This document shows, piece after piece, positions 28,441 through 37,982 of a stretch of DNA of 64,000 bases. How positions within the stretch are numbered: position 1 is the first letter of the stretch; each line of letters opens with the position of its first letter. The position numbers were made by a program, and so were the translations under genes. The DNA lies in contig JADGMX010000017.1 of NCBI GenBank assembly GCA_015234525.1, forward strand, positions 7,910 through 71,909, written 5' to 3'. The DNA is from Flavobacterium sp. (GTDB taxonomy: Bacteria; Bacteroidota; Bacteroidia; Flavobacteriales; Flavobacteriaceae). Below the pieces are notes generated by a model, which was not told where the DNA came from, ran no database searches, and saw nothing but the letters and a program-made list of their open reading frames with translations.

Positions 28441-29592
28441 ATGGAAAGCGTACAAGCAACACAGAATCTAGCTCAAAAATTTACATCAGCAACACCTACG
28501 AATGTCAGTGACAACAGTGAAACCTATGACATGGTGGTATTCTGTCACCTGAGATGGGAATTCGTTTATCAACGTCCGCAACATATCATTTCACGGATGG
28601 CCAAAAGTCAGAAGATACTTTTTATCGAAGAGCCAATTCCGCATAGCGAGAGCGAAAAAAATACGGCCAACTTTATTGAAGTAAGCGAAAACATTCACGT
28701 TTTACAGCCTAAAGTCGACAGCCTTGAGGACATCAAGAATGTCATTCCAAAATATGTCAACAACACGGCAATTGAAATCGGATGGTTTTATTCGCCTTCA
28801 TTTGTTGTTCTTTTAGATCATTTCAGTTTCAGCAAAATTGTTTATGATTGTATGGACGAACTTTCTCTTTTTAAGGGAGCTCCGGTTCAATTGTTAGATC
28901 AGGAGAAGTTTCTAATGTCGAATGCCAATATTGTGTTCACCGGCGGAAAGTCGTTGTATGACTCAAAAAAGCGACTTCACAAAAATGTTTATTGCTTCCC
29001 AAGTTCGGTTGATCAGTTGCACTTTGCCAAAGCATTGAACGGTGTTGAAATTCCTGCTGATATAGCTAATCTCCCTCATCCGATTGTGGGTTATTTCGGG
29101 GTTATTGACGAGCGACTTGATCTTGAGCTTTTAAATCAAACTGCGATCAACAATCCTGATGTATCATTTGCGATGATTGGTCCACTGGCTAAAATTCACG
29201 AATCTGATTTACCGCGACCTGGTAACATACATTATCTCGGAATGAAATCATACGAAGAACTTCCAGGCTACTTAAAGACGTTTTCAGTGGCAATGATGCC
29301 GTTCGCGCTAAATGACGCTACAAAATACATTAGCCCAACCAAAACCCTTGAATACATGGCTGCAGGAAAGCCAATAATTTCAACACCAATCAAAGACGTT
29401 GTACGTGATTATCAGCATTGTGTAACCATTGTGGAAAGTGCGGACGAATTTGGAAAAGCGATTCAATATCACCTCGAAAACATGAATGATCTTTCACTCG
29501 AAATCGCCTATTCTGAAATCCTGGAAAGAACGTCATGGGACAATACTGCCGATAAAATGAATTTGCTAATTACAAAAACTGCTAAGCTATGA
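28441..29592 (+). CDS. Glycosyltransferase (GT1/GT4-like), probable galactofuranosyl-related transferase
   Basis: 383 aa. N-terminal FCHLRWEFVYQRPQH motif and a GT-B-like C-terminal half (…PTKTLEYMAAGKPIIST). ATGA overlap with glf. Confidence 0.7.
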   Translation: MESVQATQNLAQKFTSATPTNVSDNSETYDMVVFCHLRWEFVYQRPQHIISRMAKSQKILFIEEPIPHSESEKNTANFIEVSENIHVLQPKVDSLEDIKNVIPKYVNNTAIEIGWFYSPSFVVLLDHFSFSKIVYDCMDELSLFKGAPVQLLDQEKFLMSNANIVFTGGKSLYDSKKRLHKNVYCFPSSVDQLHFAKALNGVEIPADIANLPHPIVGYFGVIDERLDLELLNQTAINNPDVSFAMIGPLAKIHESDLPRPGNIHYLGMKSYEELPGYLKTFSVAMMPFALNDATKYISPTKTLEYMAAGKPIISTPIKDVVRDYQHCVTIVESADEFGKAIQYHLENMNDLSLEIAYSEILERTSWDNTADKMNLLITKTAKL

Positions 29593-30746
29593 GAAGTGCA
29601 GATATTGTAATTATTGGAGCCGGCATTTCAGGATCAGTACTCGCAGAACGTTATGCATCTATCGGCAAAAAAGTATTAGTAATTGAAAAGCGAGATCACA
29701 TTGCAGGAAACTGTTACGACTATATCGATGAAAATGGAATTTTGGTTTCAAAATACGGGGCGCATCTATTCCACACCAATGAAGAAGATGTATGGGAATA
29801 TGTAAATCAATTCTCTGACTGGTATGACTGGGAACACCGGGTTCTGGCGAAAGTCGACGAAAAGTTAGTGCCGATTCCGGTCAACATCACTACGGTAAAC
29901 CAGCTTTTTGGCCTCGAGCTTTCATCTGAAAAAGAGATGAGTGAGTGGCTTGAAGCCAATAGACTTCCGATTGAAAATCCGAAAGATGGCCGTGAAGCTG
30001 TCCTGAATAAAGTTGGCAACGAACTTTATGAAAAAATGTTCCGCCATTATACCAAAAAACAATGGGATAAATATCCTGAAGAATTGCATGCGTCAGTTTT
30101 GGAGCGGATACCCGTTAGAAACAATTTTGATGACCGCTATTTCTCGGATAAATATCAGGCGCTTCCAAAAAACGGATATACCCAAATTTTTAAAAATCTG
30201 TTGTCTAATCCAAATATTGATGTGTTGTTGAATACAGACTACTTCGATATTGCAGATGAACTTGGATCTTATGAAAAACTGTTTTATACAGGTCCGATTG
30301 ACAGATTTTTCAATTTTAAACACAGTTTGGATGAAAAACTGGAATACCGTTCAATCAACTTTGTATCAGAAACTGTTGATGCCGAATTCTTTCAAGAAAA
30401 TTCGGTAGTAAATTATCCGGGAACTGAAGTTGATTTCACACGCATCATCGAATATAAACATTTTGGAAATCAAAAATCGGACAAGACCACGATTGTACGA
30501 GAATTCACTGTCGACGAAGGCGAGCCATATTATCCCGTACCTAACTCAAGAAATCAGGAAATTTACAATTTGTACAAAGAAGAGGCTGATAAGTTAACCG
30601 ATGTGTACTTTGTTGGCCGATTGGCAAACTACAAGTATTTTAATATGGATCAAGCGTTTAAGAATGCTTTGGATCTATTTAGCTCACTTGAGCCACAGCA
30701 TAAATTTGATGGTACTCCAAAAGTTTCAGCTCAAGAAAACATCTAA
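29589..30746 (+). CDS. glf: UDP-galactopyranose mutase
   Basis: IVIIGAGISGSVLAE (FAD GxGxxG), GAHLFHTN, YTKKQW, and YYPV...FVGRLANYKYFNMDQ motifs. Confidence 0.9.
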   Translation: MRSADIVIIGAGISGSVLAERYASIGKKVLVIEKRDHIAGNCYDYIDENGILVSKYGAHLFHTNEEDVWEYVNQFSDWYDWEHRVLAKVDEKLVPIPVNITTVNQLFGLELSSEKEMSEWLEANRLPIENPKDGREAVLNKVGNELYEKMFRHYTKKQWDKYPEELHASVLERIPVRNNFDDRYFSDKYQALPKNGYTQIFKNLLSNPNIDVLLNTDYFDIADELGSYEKLFYTGPIDRFFNFKHSLDEKLEYRSINFVSETVDAEFFQENSVVNYPGTEVDFTRIIEYKHFGNQKSDKTTIVREFTVDEGEPYYPVPNSRNQEIYNLYKEEADKLTDVYFVGRLANYKYFNMDQAFKNALDLFSSLEPQHKFDGTPKVSAQENI

Positions 30747-30767
30747 ATGTTTTTTACCTTTTTTTTA

Positions 30768-30796
30768 AAAGCAGGAGCAAATTCCTGCTTTTTTTA
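30768..30796 (+). terminator. Intrinsic terminator after glf
   Basis: AGCAGGA-gcaaat-TCCTGCT followed by T6. Confidence 0.7.
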
Positions 30797-30862
30797 TGTG
30801 TATAAATCAGGTATTCATTTGGAAGAAAATTCGTAAATTAGAGTAAGATCAAAATTGAAAAT

Positions 30863-31651
30863 ATGAAAGCAATCTGGAAAGGCGGCATCAGTTTCGGACT
30901 CGTAAATATTCCCGTCAAACTTTATAGCGGATCTGTTTCGCACCGAATCGATCTTGATATGATCCGTAAAGAAGATCAATGTCCGATTCAGTATGTTCGT
31001 GTTTGTAAAAAAGACGGCGCTGAAGTCCCTTGGGATCAAATTGCAAAAGGTTATAAGAAGGAAGATGGAGATTACGTCGTGCTAGATCAGGACGATTTAG
31101 CGAGTGTTGCTCCTGAAAAAACGCAGTCGATCAACATTTTCGAATTTGTTCACGAAGATGAAATTCCGTCGCAATATCTTGAAAAGCCGTATATCGTAGA
31201 ACCAGAGAAACAAGCTTCAAAAGTTTACGCGCTTCTACGTGCGGCATTGAAAAAATCCGGGAAGGTCGGTTTGGCAAAATTCGTCATGAGAAGTGCCGAA
31301 CACTTAGCTATTCTTAAAGTTGAAAGCGATGCGATCTTGCTGATCCAAATCCGGTTTGATGAAGATTTAAGAGATCCATCAGAAGCGAAAATACCAAATG
31401 ACATCAAAATCGAGAAAAAAGAACTCGATATGGCACTGACAATCATTGATCAGTTGACCGATAAATTTGAACCCGAAAAGTATAAAGATACTTACAAGGA
31501 AGACCTATTGAAACTCATCAAAAAGAAATCGACCGAGAAGCCAAAGAAAAAAGGTGCAAAAGAAACTGAAGTCAAACCGAAACCCAAGGCCGCGCCAAAA
31601 GACGATCTGCTTGAACAGTTAAAAGCTAGTCTTGAAGCAATCAAAAACTAA
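30863..31651 (+). CDS. ku: Ku protein (bacterial non-homologous end joining)
   Basis: MKAIWKGGISFGLVNIPVKLYSG start and a Lys-rich C-terminal tail. Confidence 0.92.
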   Translation: MKAIWKGGISFGLVNIPVKLYSGSVSHRIDLDMIRKEDQCPIQYVRVCKKDGAEVPWDQIAKGYKKEDGDYVVLDQDDLASVAPEKTQSINIFEFVHEDEIPSQYLEKPYIVEPEKQASKVYALLRAALKKSGKVGLAKFVMRSAEHLAILKVESDAILLIQIRFDEDLRDPSEAKIPNDIKIEKKELDMALTIIDQLTDKFEPEKYKDTYKEDLLKLIKKKSTEKPKKKGAKETEVKPKPKAAPKDDLLEQLKASLEAIKN

Positions 31652-31656
31652 TTGCG

Positions 31657-34227
31657 ATGGCACTCGAGAAATATAATGAAAAACGCGATTTTACCAAAAC
31701 AAAGGAACCTAAAGGTGTAAAGAAAGCATCGAAGGGCGACCTGAGATTTGTTGTGCAAAAACATGCAGCGTCCCGTTTACATTACGACTTCCGACTTGAG
31801 ATTGATGGCGTTCTGGTCAGCTGGGCGGTTCCAAAAGGACCTTCAGCAAATCCGGCCGACAAACGCCTGGCGATGCAAACTGAAGATCATCCAATGGATT
31901 ACATCGACTTTGAAGGAACGATCCCGAAAGGCGAATACGGCGGCGGGACGGTCATGGTTTGGGACATCGGAACGTATAACGCGGAAGGAAATACGGTCAA
32001 GTCAAAGGACAAAACCATTCTGAAAAAGATGTTATCTGATGGAAACATTAAGATTGAACTCAACGGCGAAAAATTAAAAGGTTCCTGGCATTTGATTCGG
32101 ATGAAAGGCGAAGATAGCCGTCAGTGGTTGCTCATGAAACACAAAGATGAGTTTGCCGGTGAGAAAATCGAGTACAATCAACTTTCAGTTCTAACGAAGC
32201 GCGATTTACCTGAAATTGAAAAAGGTAATCATGTCTGGCACAGCAACAGGTCGTCTGAAAACAAAACTGATGACTCAACAACTTCCAATTCCGTCTTCTC
32301 ACCTACTGATTTAAAAAATGCAAAACACATAAAATCGTTTCCTGATGATTGGCGTCCGCAATTAGCGACATTGGCCGACGAGCCTTTTGATAATGCCGAT
32401 TGGATTTTTGAAACGAAATACGATGGCTATCGCGCGCTGGCTCAAATAAAAAATGGCGATGTAACTTTAATCTCGCGAAACGGAAACAAATTTTCAAAAT
32501 ACAAGGAAATTAACGAAGCATTATCTGACATTTCGCTAGATGTTATTTTAGACGGCGAAATTGTGAGCGAAGACGAAAAAGGCAAAAGTAATTTTCAGTC
32601 GCTCCAGAATTATGAGGACAATCCAAAACTCGGCATGTTGAAATATTACGTTTTCGACATTATCTATTTTAACGGATTCGATTTGCGAGGCATTGATTTG
32701 ATGTTGCGAAAAAAGATACTTCGTGCCGTATTACCTGATTTGCCAAACATCAAATATTCTGATCACGTGGAAGGCAATGGCATAAAAGCGTTCAAAAAAG
32801 CCGAAAAAGAAGGTGGCGAAGGAATCATCGCCAAACGTAAAACTTCGACATATCTGAGTGGCAAACGCACAAAAGATTGGCTGAAAATCAAAACTGAAAT
32901 GCAGCAGGAAATGCTCATTGCCGGATATACCGACCCACAAGGTAGTCGTAGTGGCCTTGGCGCGATAATCTGCGGATATCATCAAAATGACGAATTGGTT
33001 TACTCGGGCAAGGTCGGAACCGGCTTTAATGAATCGTCCCTAAAAAATCTGCTGAAACAACTGACACCACTGGAACGAAAAACAAGTCCGTTTTCAGATG
33101 CACCAAAATTAAAAGGTGTTCATTGGGTCACGCCTAAATTGATTGCACAAGTAAAATTTAGCGAGCTTACCAAAACCGGGATTATGCGTCATCCGGTGTT
33201 CCTCGGACTAAGGACTGACAAATCGCCCGAAAAAGTCATCGCCGAAAAACCTGAAGTCGAAACTGGCTTGCTCCATTCAAACGGTTCGAAGAAATCAACC
33301 GAAAAAGCAAGCAAAAAGTCTCCGACTGTCGACCCGACGGATATAAAATCAATTAAATCGAAGGTCGAGTTCACCAATACTGATAAATTGTTCTGGCCAA
33401 AAGAAGGCATTACAAAAGGTGATGTCATTAGATATTACAATGATATTGCCGAATACATACTGCCATATCTCATCGATCGGCCGCAGTCATTACGACGAAC
33501 TCCCGATGGAATAAAAAGCGAAGGATTTTTTCAGAAGAATGTTGCCGGTACCGTTCCAAAATGGATCAAAACCCGAAAGATCAAATCGGATTCAGCTAAA
33601 GAATCGATTGAATGGTTACTTTGTCAGGATAAGGACACGCTACTGTTTTTGGCAAATTACGGTTGCATCGAACTTAATCCGTGGAGCAGTCGCGTGGGCT
33701 CATTGAACAATCCGGATTATATCATATTTGATCTCGATCCGAATAAAGCCGATATGAAAAAATTAGTTGCAACTGCCCTTAAAGTTAAAGAGGTGCTTGA
33801 TCGGCTTAAGATTAAAGGCTATGTCAAAACTTCCGGTGGCAAGGGAATCCACGTTTTCATTCCGGTACTTCCAAAGTATACCTATGAGCAAACACGAGAC
33901 TTTTCGCTGATCATCAGTCAGATGGTTCATCGGGAACTTCCAAATATTACAAGTTTGGAAAGAATGCCGGCAAAACGTGTGGGGAAAATTTACCTCGACT
34001 TTCTGCAAAACGGACGAGGGAAAACTATGGCTAGTATTTATTCGATCAGACCCCGCGAAGGTGCCGGAGTGAGCACTCCGCTTGATTGGGACGAGATTAA
34101 CGACAACTTAGACCTCACCAAATTTAATATTAATACAATTCCACAGCGACTTCAGCAAAAAGGCGACTTGTGGAAGAATTTTTTCGATGACGCGATCGAT
34201 CTGAAAGACGCGTTGTCAAACCTCTAA
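31657..34227 (+). CDS. ligD: ATP-dependent DNA ligase D, three-domain form (phosphoesterase-ligase-polymerase)
   Basis: N-terminal PE domain (RFVVQKHAASRLHYDFRLE...WAVPKGPS...DHPMDY). Ligase motif I ETKYDGYR (Lys codon 32416-18). C-terminal primase-polymerase (FDLDP...GGKGIHVFIP). Confidence 0.92.
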   Translation: MALEKYNEKRDFTKTKEPKGVKKASKGDLRFVVQKHAASRLHYDFRLEIDGVLVSWAVPKGPSANPADKRLAMQTEDHPMDYIDFEGTIPKGEYGGGTVMVWDIGTYNAEGNTVKSKDKTILKKMLSDGNIKIELNGEKLKGSWHLIRMKGEDSRQWLLMKHKDEFAGEKIEYNQLSVLTKRDLPEIEKGNHVWHSNRSSENKTDDSTTSNSVFSPTDLKNAKHIKSFPDDWRPQLATLADEPFDNADWIFETKYDGYRALAQIKNGDVTLISRNGNKFSKYKEINEALSDISLDVILDGEIVSEDEKGKSNFQSLQNYEDNPKLGMLKYYVFDIIYFNGFDLRGIDLMLRKKILRAVLPDLPNIKYSDHVEGNGIKAFKKAEKEGGEGIIAKRKTSTYLSGKRTKDWLKIKTEMQQEMLIAGYTDPQGSRSGLGAIICGYHQNDELVYSGKVGTGFNESSLKNLLKQLTPLERKTSPFSDAPKLKGVHWVTPKLIAQVKFSELTKTGIMRHPVFLGLRTDKSPEKVIAEKPEVETGLLHSNGSKKSTEKASKKSPTVDPTDIKSIKSKVEFTNTDKLFWPKEGITKGDVIRYYNDIAEYILPYLIDRPQSLRRTPDGIKSEGFFQKNVAGTVPKWIKTRKIKSDSAKESIEWLLCQDKDTLLFLANYGCIELNPWSSRVGSLNNPDYIIFDLDPNKADMKKLVATALKVKEVLDRLKIKGYVKTSGGKGIHVFIPVLPKYTYEQTRDFSLIISQMVHRELPNITSLERMPAKRVGKIYLDFLQNGRGKTMASIYSIRPREGAGVSTPLDWDEINDNLDLTKFNINTIPQRLQQKGDLWKNFFDDAIDLKDALSNL

Positions 34228-34236
34228 CTTAAAAGT

Positions 34237-34527
34237 ATGGATTATATTCAAATCCTCGGAATCGCAGCAGCTATTTTAACCAGTGCGGCAAATGTTCCGC
34301 AGGCAGTAAAGATTATCAGGACAAAATCAACCAAAAGCATATCAGCCGCAACATACGCCCTTTTATTCAGTGGACTTACGTTATGGCTGATATACGGGAT
34401 TATTAAAAATGACTTGCCCATTATTCTGGCAAACTCGGTTTCTGCGGCACTCGCCGGCGTTATTTTAATAATGAAACTGACTTTAAAAAAGACGGAAGAT
34501 CAGACATCGTCTGAAGAAATCGACTGA
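34237..34527 (+). CDS. SemiSWEET / PQ-loop family transporter
   Basis: 96 aa with three TM helices. Signature VPQAVKIIRTKST. Confidence 0.75.
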   Translation: MDYIQILGIAAAILTSAANVPQAVKIIRTKSTKSISAATYALLFSGLTLWLIYGIIKNDLPIILANSVSAALAGVILIMKLTLKKTEDQTSSEEID

Positions 34528-34859
34528 TTCTGATCTTCGTCCAAATCAATATTATCATTTAGTATATAATCGTCCTGGCTAAAGGCGTCGGCATTTCGGC
34601 TATTTTCACCGTTTGGGTTGAATTTACCCATCTTGCCTTCGCCATTTTCAGAATAATCTGAGTAGTTCGTCGGATTTGTATCCGGAGTATACGTTACCCC
34701 TGGTTGTTCCATGGCAAGATACTTATCGGTTTCAAGATTATCATAAACCTCCTTTTGCTGTTCTTCGGTATTATTTGCGCTCAAATCCTCTGAACTTGAC
34801 GGGATGTTTTTCGCAGTATCGTCTGCATTACGGTCGTGATTTTTTTCGTTCGATTCCAT
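34500..34859 (-). CDS. Acidic, low-complexity hypothetical protein
   Basis: 119 aa, rich in D/E/N/S with no hydrophobic core. Its 3' end overlaps the SemiSWEET 3' end convergently by 28 nt. Confidence 0.4.
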   Translation of the reverse strand: MESNEKNHDRNADDTAKNIPSSSEDLSANNTEEQQKEVYDNLETDKYLAMEQPGVTYTPDTNPTNYSDYSENGEGKMGKFNPNGENSRNADAFSQDDYILNDNIDLDEDQNQSISSDDV

Positions 34860-35128
34860 AGCTTAATTTTTTAGAAAATAACAAGATTAGAAACGTCCAA
34901 ACTCTTGAGCAATCTTGAATTTGTTTCCAGAAGATTTCTCATCAGCAGATTGTTCGATTCCTTTTTCTCGGTTTTTTGAATAGTAGTTTCGTACACATAC
35001 ATGTGCCGTACACGTCTAGGTAAATTTCTCTTCTTCATAATAGTTGGGTTTGGTCTTTTCTAAAGTTCGAAATTATTGGTCGACTGACGCTTATACACTC
35101 ATATAGTCATACTTACATAATTCCCATA

Positions 35129-35635
35129 TTAAATATTCAGATTACCTTCTATTCCACCATCCATACCTTTCCCGGTAATTGTAGAGGCAGCAATTTTTAG
35201 CAATGTAATCGCTTTTCCATCCTTAGTATCCCAATAGTAGGCATCGCTTGGCGTAACCTTTATAACCGATACATTCGGATCTTCTTTTCCTTGCTCGAAC
35301 CAGGCCTCAGCAACCGTGCTCCAAACTTCATCAATAGTCGCCTGATCCTTATAAATGGTAGCCGTACCATAGACTGATAGATAATGCGAATCAGATGTTT
35401 GCGCAAAGAAAAGTTGCACAGCATTATCTTTTTTGATCTCAAAATTTTTGTTACTGTTCGCCGAGCTGATAAACCAAATATTTCCATTTTCGTCAACTTC
35501 CTGAACGCTCATCGGACGGGCCGCAATTGGTTGATCGGCCAAATCTGTACAAAACATACATGTTCTTACATCTTCTGCTAATTTCTTTAATTTGGCAACT
35601 GCTTCCTGATTTGTAAGGTTTTTAAAATCTCCCAT
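35129..35635 (-). CDS. Pyridoxamine-5'-phosphate-oxidase-like FMN-binding protein (general stress protein 26 family)
   Basis: 168 aa. CMFCT...ARPMS...NIWFIS...YLSVYGTA...AYYWD is the typical GSP26 pattern. Confidence 0.8.
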   Translation of the reverse strand: MGDFKNLTNQEAVAKLKKLAEDVRTCMFCTDLADQPIAARPMSVQEVDENGNIWFISSANSNKNFEIKKDNAVQLFFAQTSDSHYLSVYGTATIYKDQATIDEVWSTVAEAWFEQGKEDPNVSVIKVTPSDAYYWDTKDGKAITLLKIAASTITGKGMDGGIEGNLNI

Positions 35636-35723
35636 AACTTCTTTTTTTTGTGTTGTCTTATAAAGTTACTATTAAACCGCGGAAACATTTGTTAGCGTAA
35701 TCACAAAGTCGGATGTACCAGAC

Positions 35724-35752
35724 AAAAAAAAGCCCCGTCAAATCGACAGGGC
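35724..35752 (-). terminator. Intrinsic terminator after the LRR gene
   Basis: The minus strand reads GCCCTGTC-gattt-GACGGGGC followed by T8. Confidence 0.75.
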
Positions 35753-35775
35753 CATTGATGAAATTTGGGGCAAAT

Positions 35776-36630
35776 TTATTCATCTGATGCTATAGCAGAA
35801 TTTCTGTTGAGATCAACTTTTAGAGTTGTGGCAAGTCCGTGTTCATTGATCATTGTCATGTTTAGCATGTCCAATTGAGCAAGTTGCTTTGAAACGAGTC
35901 CGCTGAATTTGTTATACGAAATATTCAATTCTTTCAGTTTCTTCAACTTTTCCAAATCTAGCGGAACCTGGCCTTCAAGATTGTTTTCAAAAAGTCCGAG
36001 TGTTTCAAGCGATGTCATATTAGCGATCTCCATACTAAGATTTCCGCTTAACTTATTGCTGTTTAGCAACATCGATTTTAGCGAACTTAAATTGTAGATC
36101 GACATCGGAATGTTACCACTCAATTCATTGTTATATAAAGAAAGTACGGTAAGATTCTTAAGTTGACCGATTTCTTTTGGAATTTCGCCATTGAGACGAT
36201 TCATATAAAATTCGATTGAAGTCAATTGAGCTAATTTCCCTAGCGACGTAGGTATTTTACCTGTTAATTGATTGAATGACAAATTGATAATTTGCAGCTC
36301 TTTTAGTTTACCGATGCTATTCGGAATTTCACCTGAAAGCTTGTTGCGAAACAAATTCAACGTTTTAAGATGTGTGAGATTCCCAATTTGCTTTGGCAAT
36401 TTTCCGGAAAGATTGTTTTCTGCTAAATTGAGTGCAACCACGTGATTGCCTTCAATTGATACCCCATGCCAGGTCTCAACCGGAGCGCTCAGATCCCACG
36501 ATTTGGTCCACTGCTCGCCAGACGTTGCGTGATATAGTTTTACAAGTGCTTTTTTCTCTGAAGGGGAAATTCCAGCTACAGCTGAAAACGATATACCTAT
36601 AAAAAGTAAAAATGTAATAATGCTTCTCAT
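35776..36630 (-). CDS. Secreted leucine-rich-repeat protein with plant-specific-type 24-residue LRRs
   Basis: Signal peptide. Cap region EKKALVKLYHATSGEQWTKSWDLSAPVETWHGVS. Eight consecutive 24-aa repeats fitting LxxLxxLxLxxNxLSGxIPxxIGx. Confidence 0.85.
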   Translation of the reverse strand: MRSIITFLLFIGISFSAVAGISPSEKKALVKLYHATSGEQWTKSWDLSAPVETWHGVSIEGNHVVALNLAENNLSGKLPKQIGNLTHLKTLNLFRNKLSGEIPNSIGKLKELQIINLSFNQLTGKIPTSLGKLAQLTSIEFYMNRLNGEIPKEIGQLKNLTVLSLYNNELSGNIPMSIYNLSSLKSMLLNSNKLSGNLSMEIANMTSLETLGLFENNLEGQVPLDLEKLKKLKELNISYNKFSGLVSKQLAQLDMLNMTMINEHGLATTLKVDLNRNSAIASDE

Positions 36631-36833
36631 AATCGGTTTGGTTTATTTTGGTGAATCAAACGTAGGCGAAACATCGACTATACGCAAATAAAATCGACGA
36701 ATTACACACAGAGCGTGTTTAAAAGCATATTTTTCCTACAAATACGCAAAATCAATGAAGTATTAATTTGCAGGACATTGTATTTCATCCGAAGATATTT
36801 GCCGATATTTGCGCGCCACTCATCCACTGATAT

Positions 36834-37982
36834 TTGAAACCACATTTTTCTTTTCAGCTTTACTCCGCGGTTTCCGAATTACCTCTTTCCTGGGATTACA
36901 TTGCCCATGGAAACATTTTTCTTTCGACTGCGTATTTAAGTGTTTTGGAAAGTTCGGCACCAAGGAATATGAAATGTCGATTTATTGGCTTGTTTGCGGC
37001 AGAAGAATTAGTGGGCGTGGCAATGTCGCAGCAGTTGTCGTTGTCTGAAGTGGATTCTTTCGGCGGACGCGATCGCAGGTTTAAAACACATATTCGAAAA
37101 ATTACCTTTTCCAAAGTCGCATCAAATGTGCTTTTAATTGGCAATAATATGCTAACTGGTCAAAACGCTTTTGTGTTATCCGACAAGATTTCATTTGATT
37201 CCGCCGCAAAGTTGCTTGAGAATGCTGTCGAACAGATTAAACGAGAATCGAATCGCATTCATCTTACCATTTTCAAGGATTTTTATCACAAGGAAATCAC
37301 GCAATTTGACCCACATGTTTTTTCAAATTACACAGAGTTTTCAACGCAGCCCAACATGGTTTTTCATATAAAAGATCATTGGCATTCGGTTGATGATTAT
37401 GTTTCAGATTTGAGCAAGAAATATCGGGATCAATATAAACGTGCCCGAAAAAAGCTGACCGGAATCACCAAACGCAAACTGGTTCTTGAGGAAATGACGT
37501 TGCTTCAATCAACAATTCACCAGTTATATCTTAATGTTGCAAAACAGGCGCCTTTCAATACTTTTTATCTTACCGGGAATCATTTTGCGACGATGAAACA
37601 ACGTTTAGGGAGCGACTTCTTATTTTACGGATATTTCCTCGATGAAAAGTTAATCGGTTTTAGCACGCTTATTAAGAACGCCGACGATTTCGACACCTAC
37701 TTTTTAGGTTATGATGAAACACATCAGCGCGAGAAAATGCTGTATTTGAACATGCTTTACGACATGATTTCCTACGCGATGAAAAAGAAATATCGCAAAG
37801 TGAATTTTGGACGGACCGCTTTAGAAATTAAAAGTTCAATCGGGGCAACTGATATCGAAATGCACGGATTGATCAAGCATTCAAATCCAATTTTCAATAA
37901 ACTGATGCCATACCTCTTTGACTACTTCGAACCAAAGACCGTCTGGCAAAAACGAAATCCGTTTAAGGAACGGCAATCTTAA
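36834..37982 (+). CDS. GNAT-fold / FemAB-like acyltransferase family protein (function unknown)
   Basis: 382 aa with a TTG start. The central ...LSKKYRDQYKRARKKL... segment and C-terminal FLDEKLIGFSTL...YLNMLYD...FGRTALEIKSS resemble the Acetyltransf_6/FemAB-like family. The assignment is by pattern only. Confidence 0.55.
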   Translation: MKPHFSFQLYSAVSELPLSWDYIAHGNIFLSTAYLSVLESSAPRNMKCRFIGLFAAEELVGVAMSQQLSLSEVDSFGGRDRRFKTHIRKITFSKVASNVLLIGNNMLTGQNAFVLSDKISFDSAAKLLENAVEQIKRESNRIHLTIFKDFYHKEITQFDPHVFSNYTEFSTQPNMVFHIKDHWHSVDDYVSDLSKKYRDQYKRARKKLTGITKRKLVLEEMTLLQSTIHQLYLNVAKQAPFNTFYLTGNHFATMKQRLGSDFLFYGYFLDEKLIGFSTLIKNADDFDTYFLGYDETHQREKMLYLNMLYDMISYAMKKKYRKVNFGRTALEIKSSIGATDIEMHGLIKHSNPIFNKLMPYLFDYFEPKTVWQKRNPFKERQS

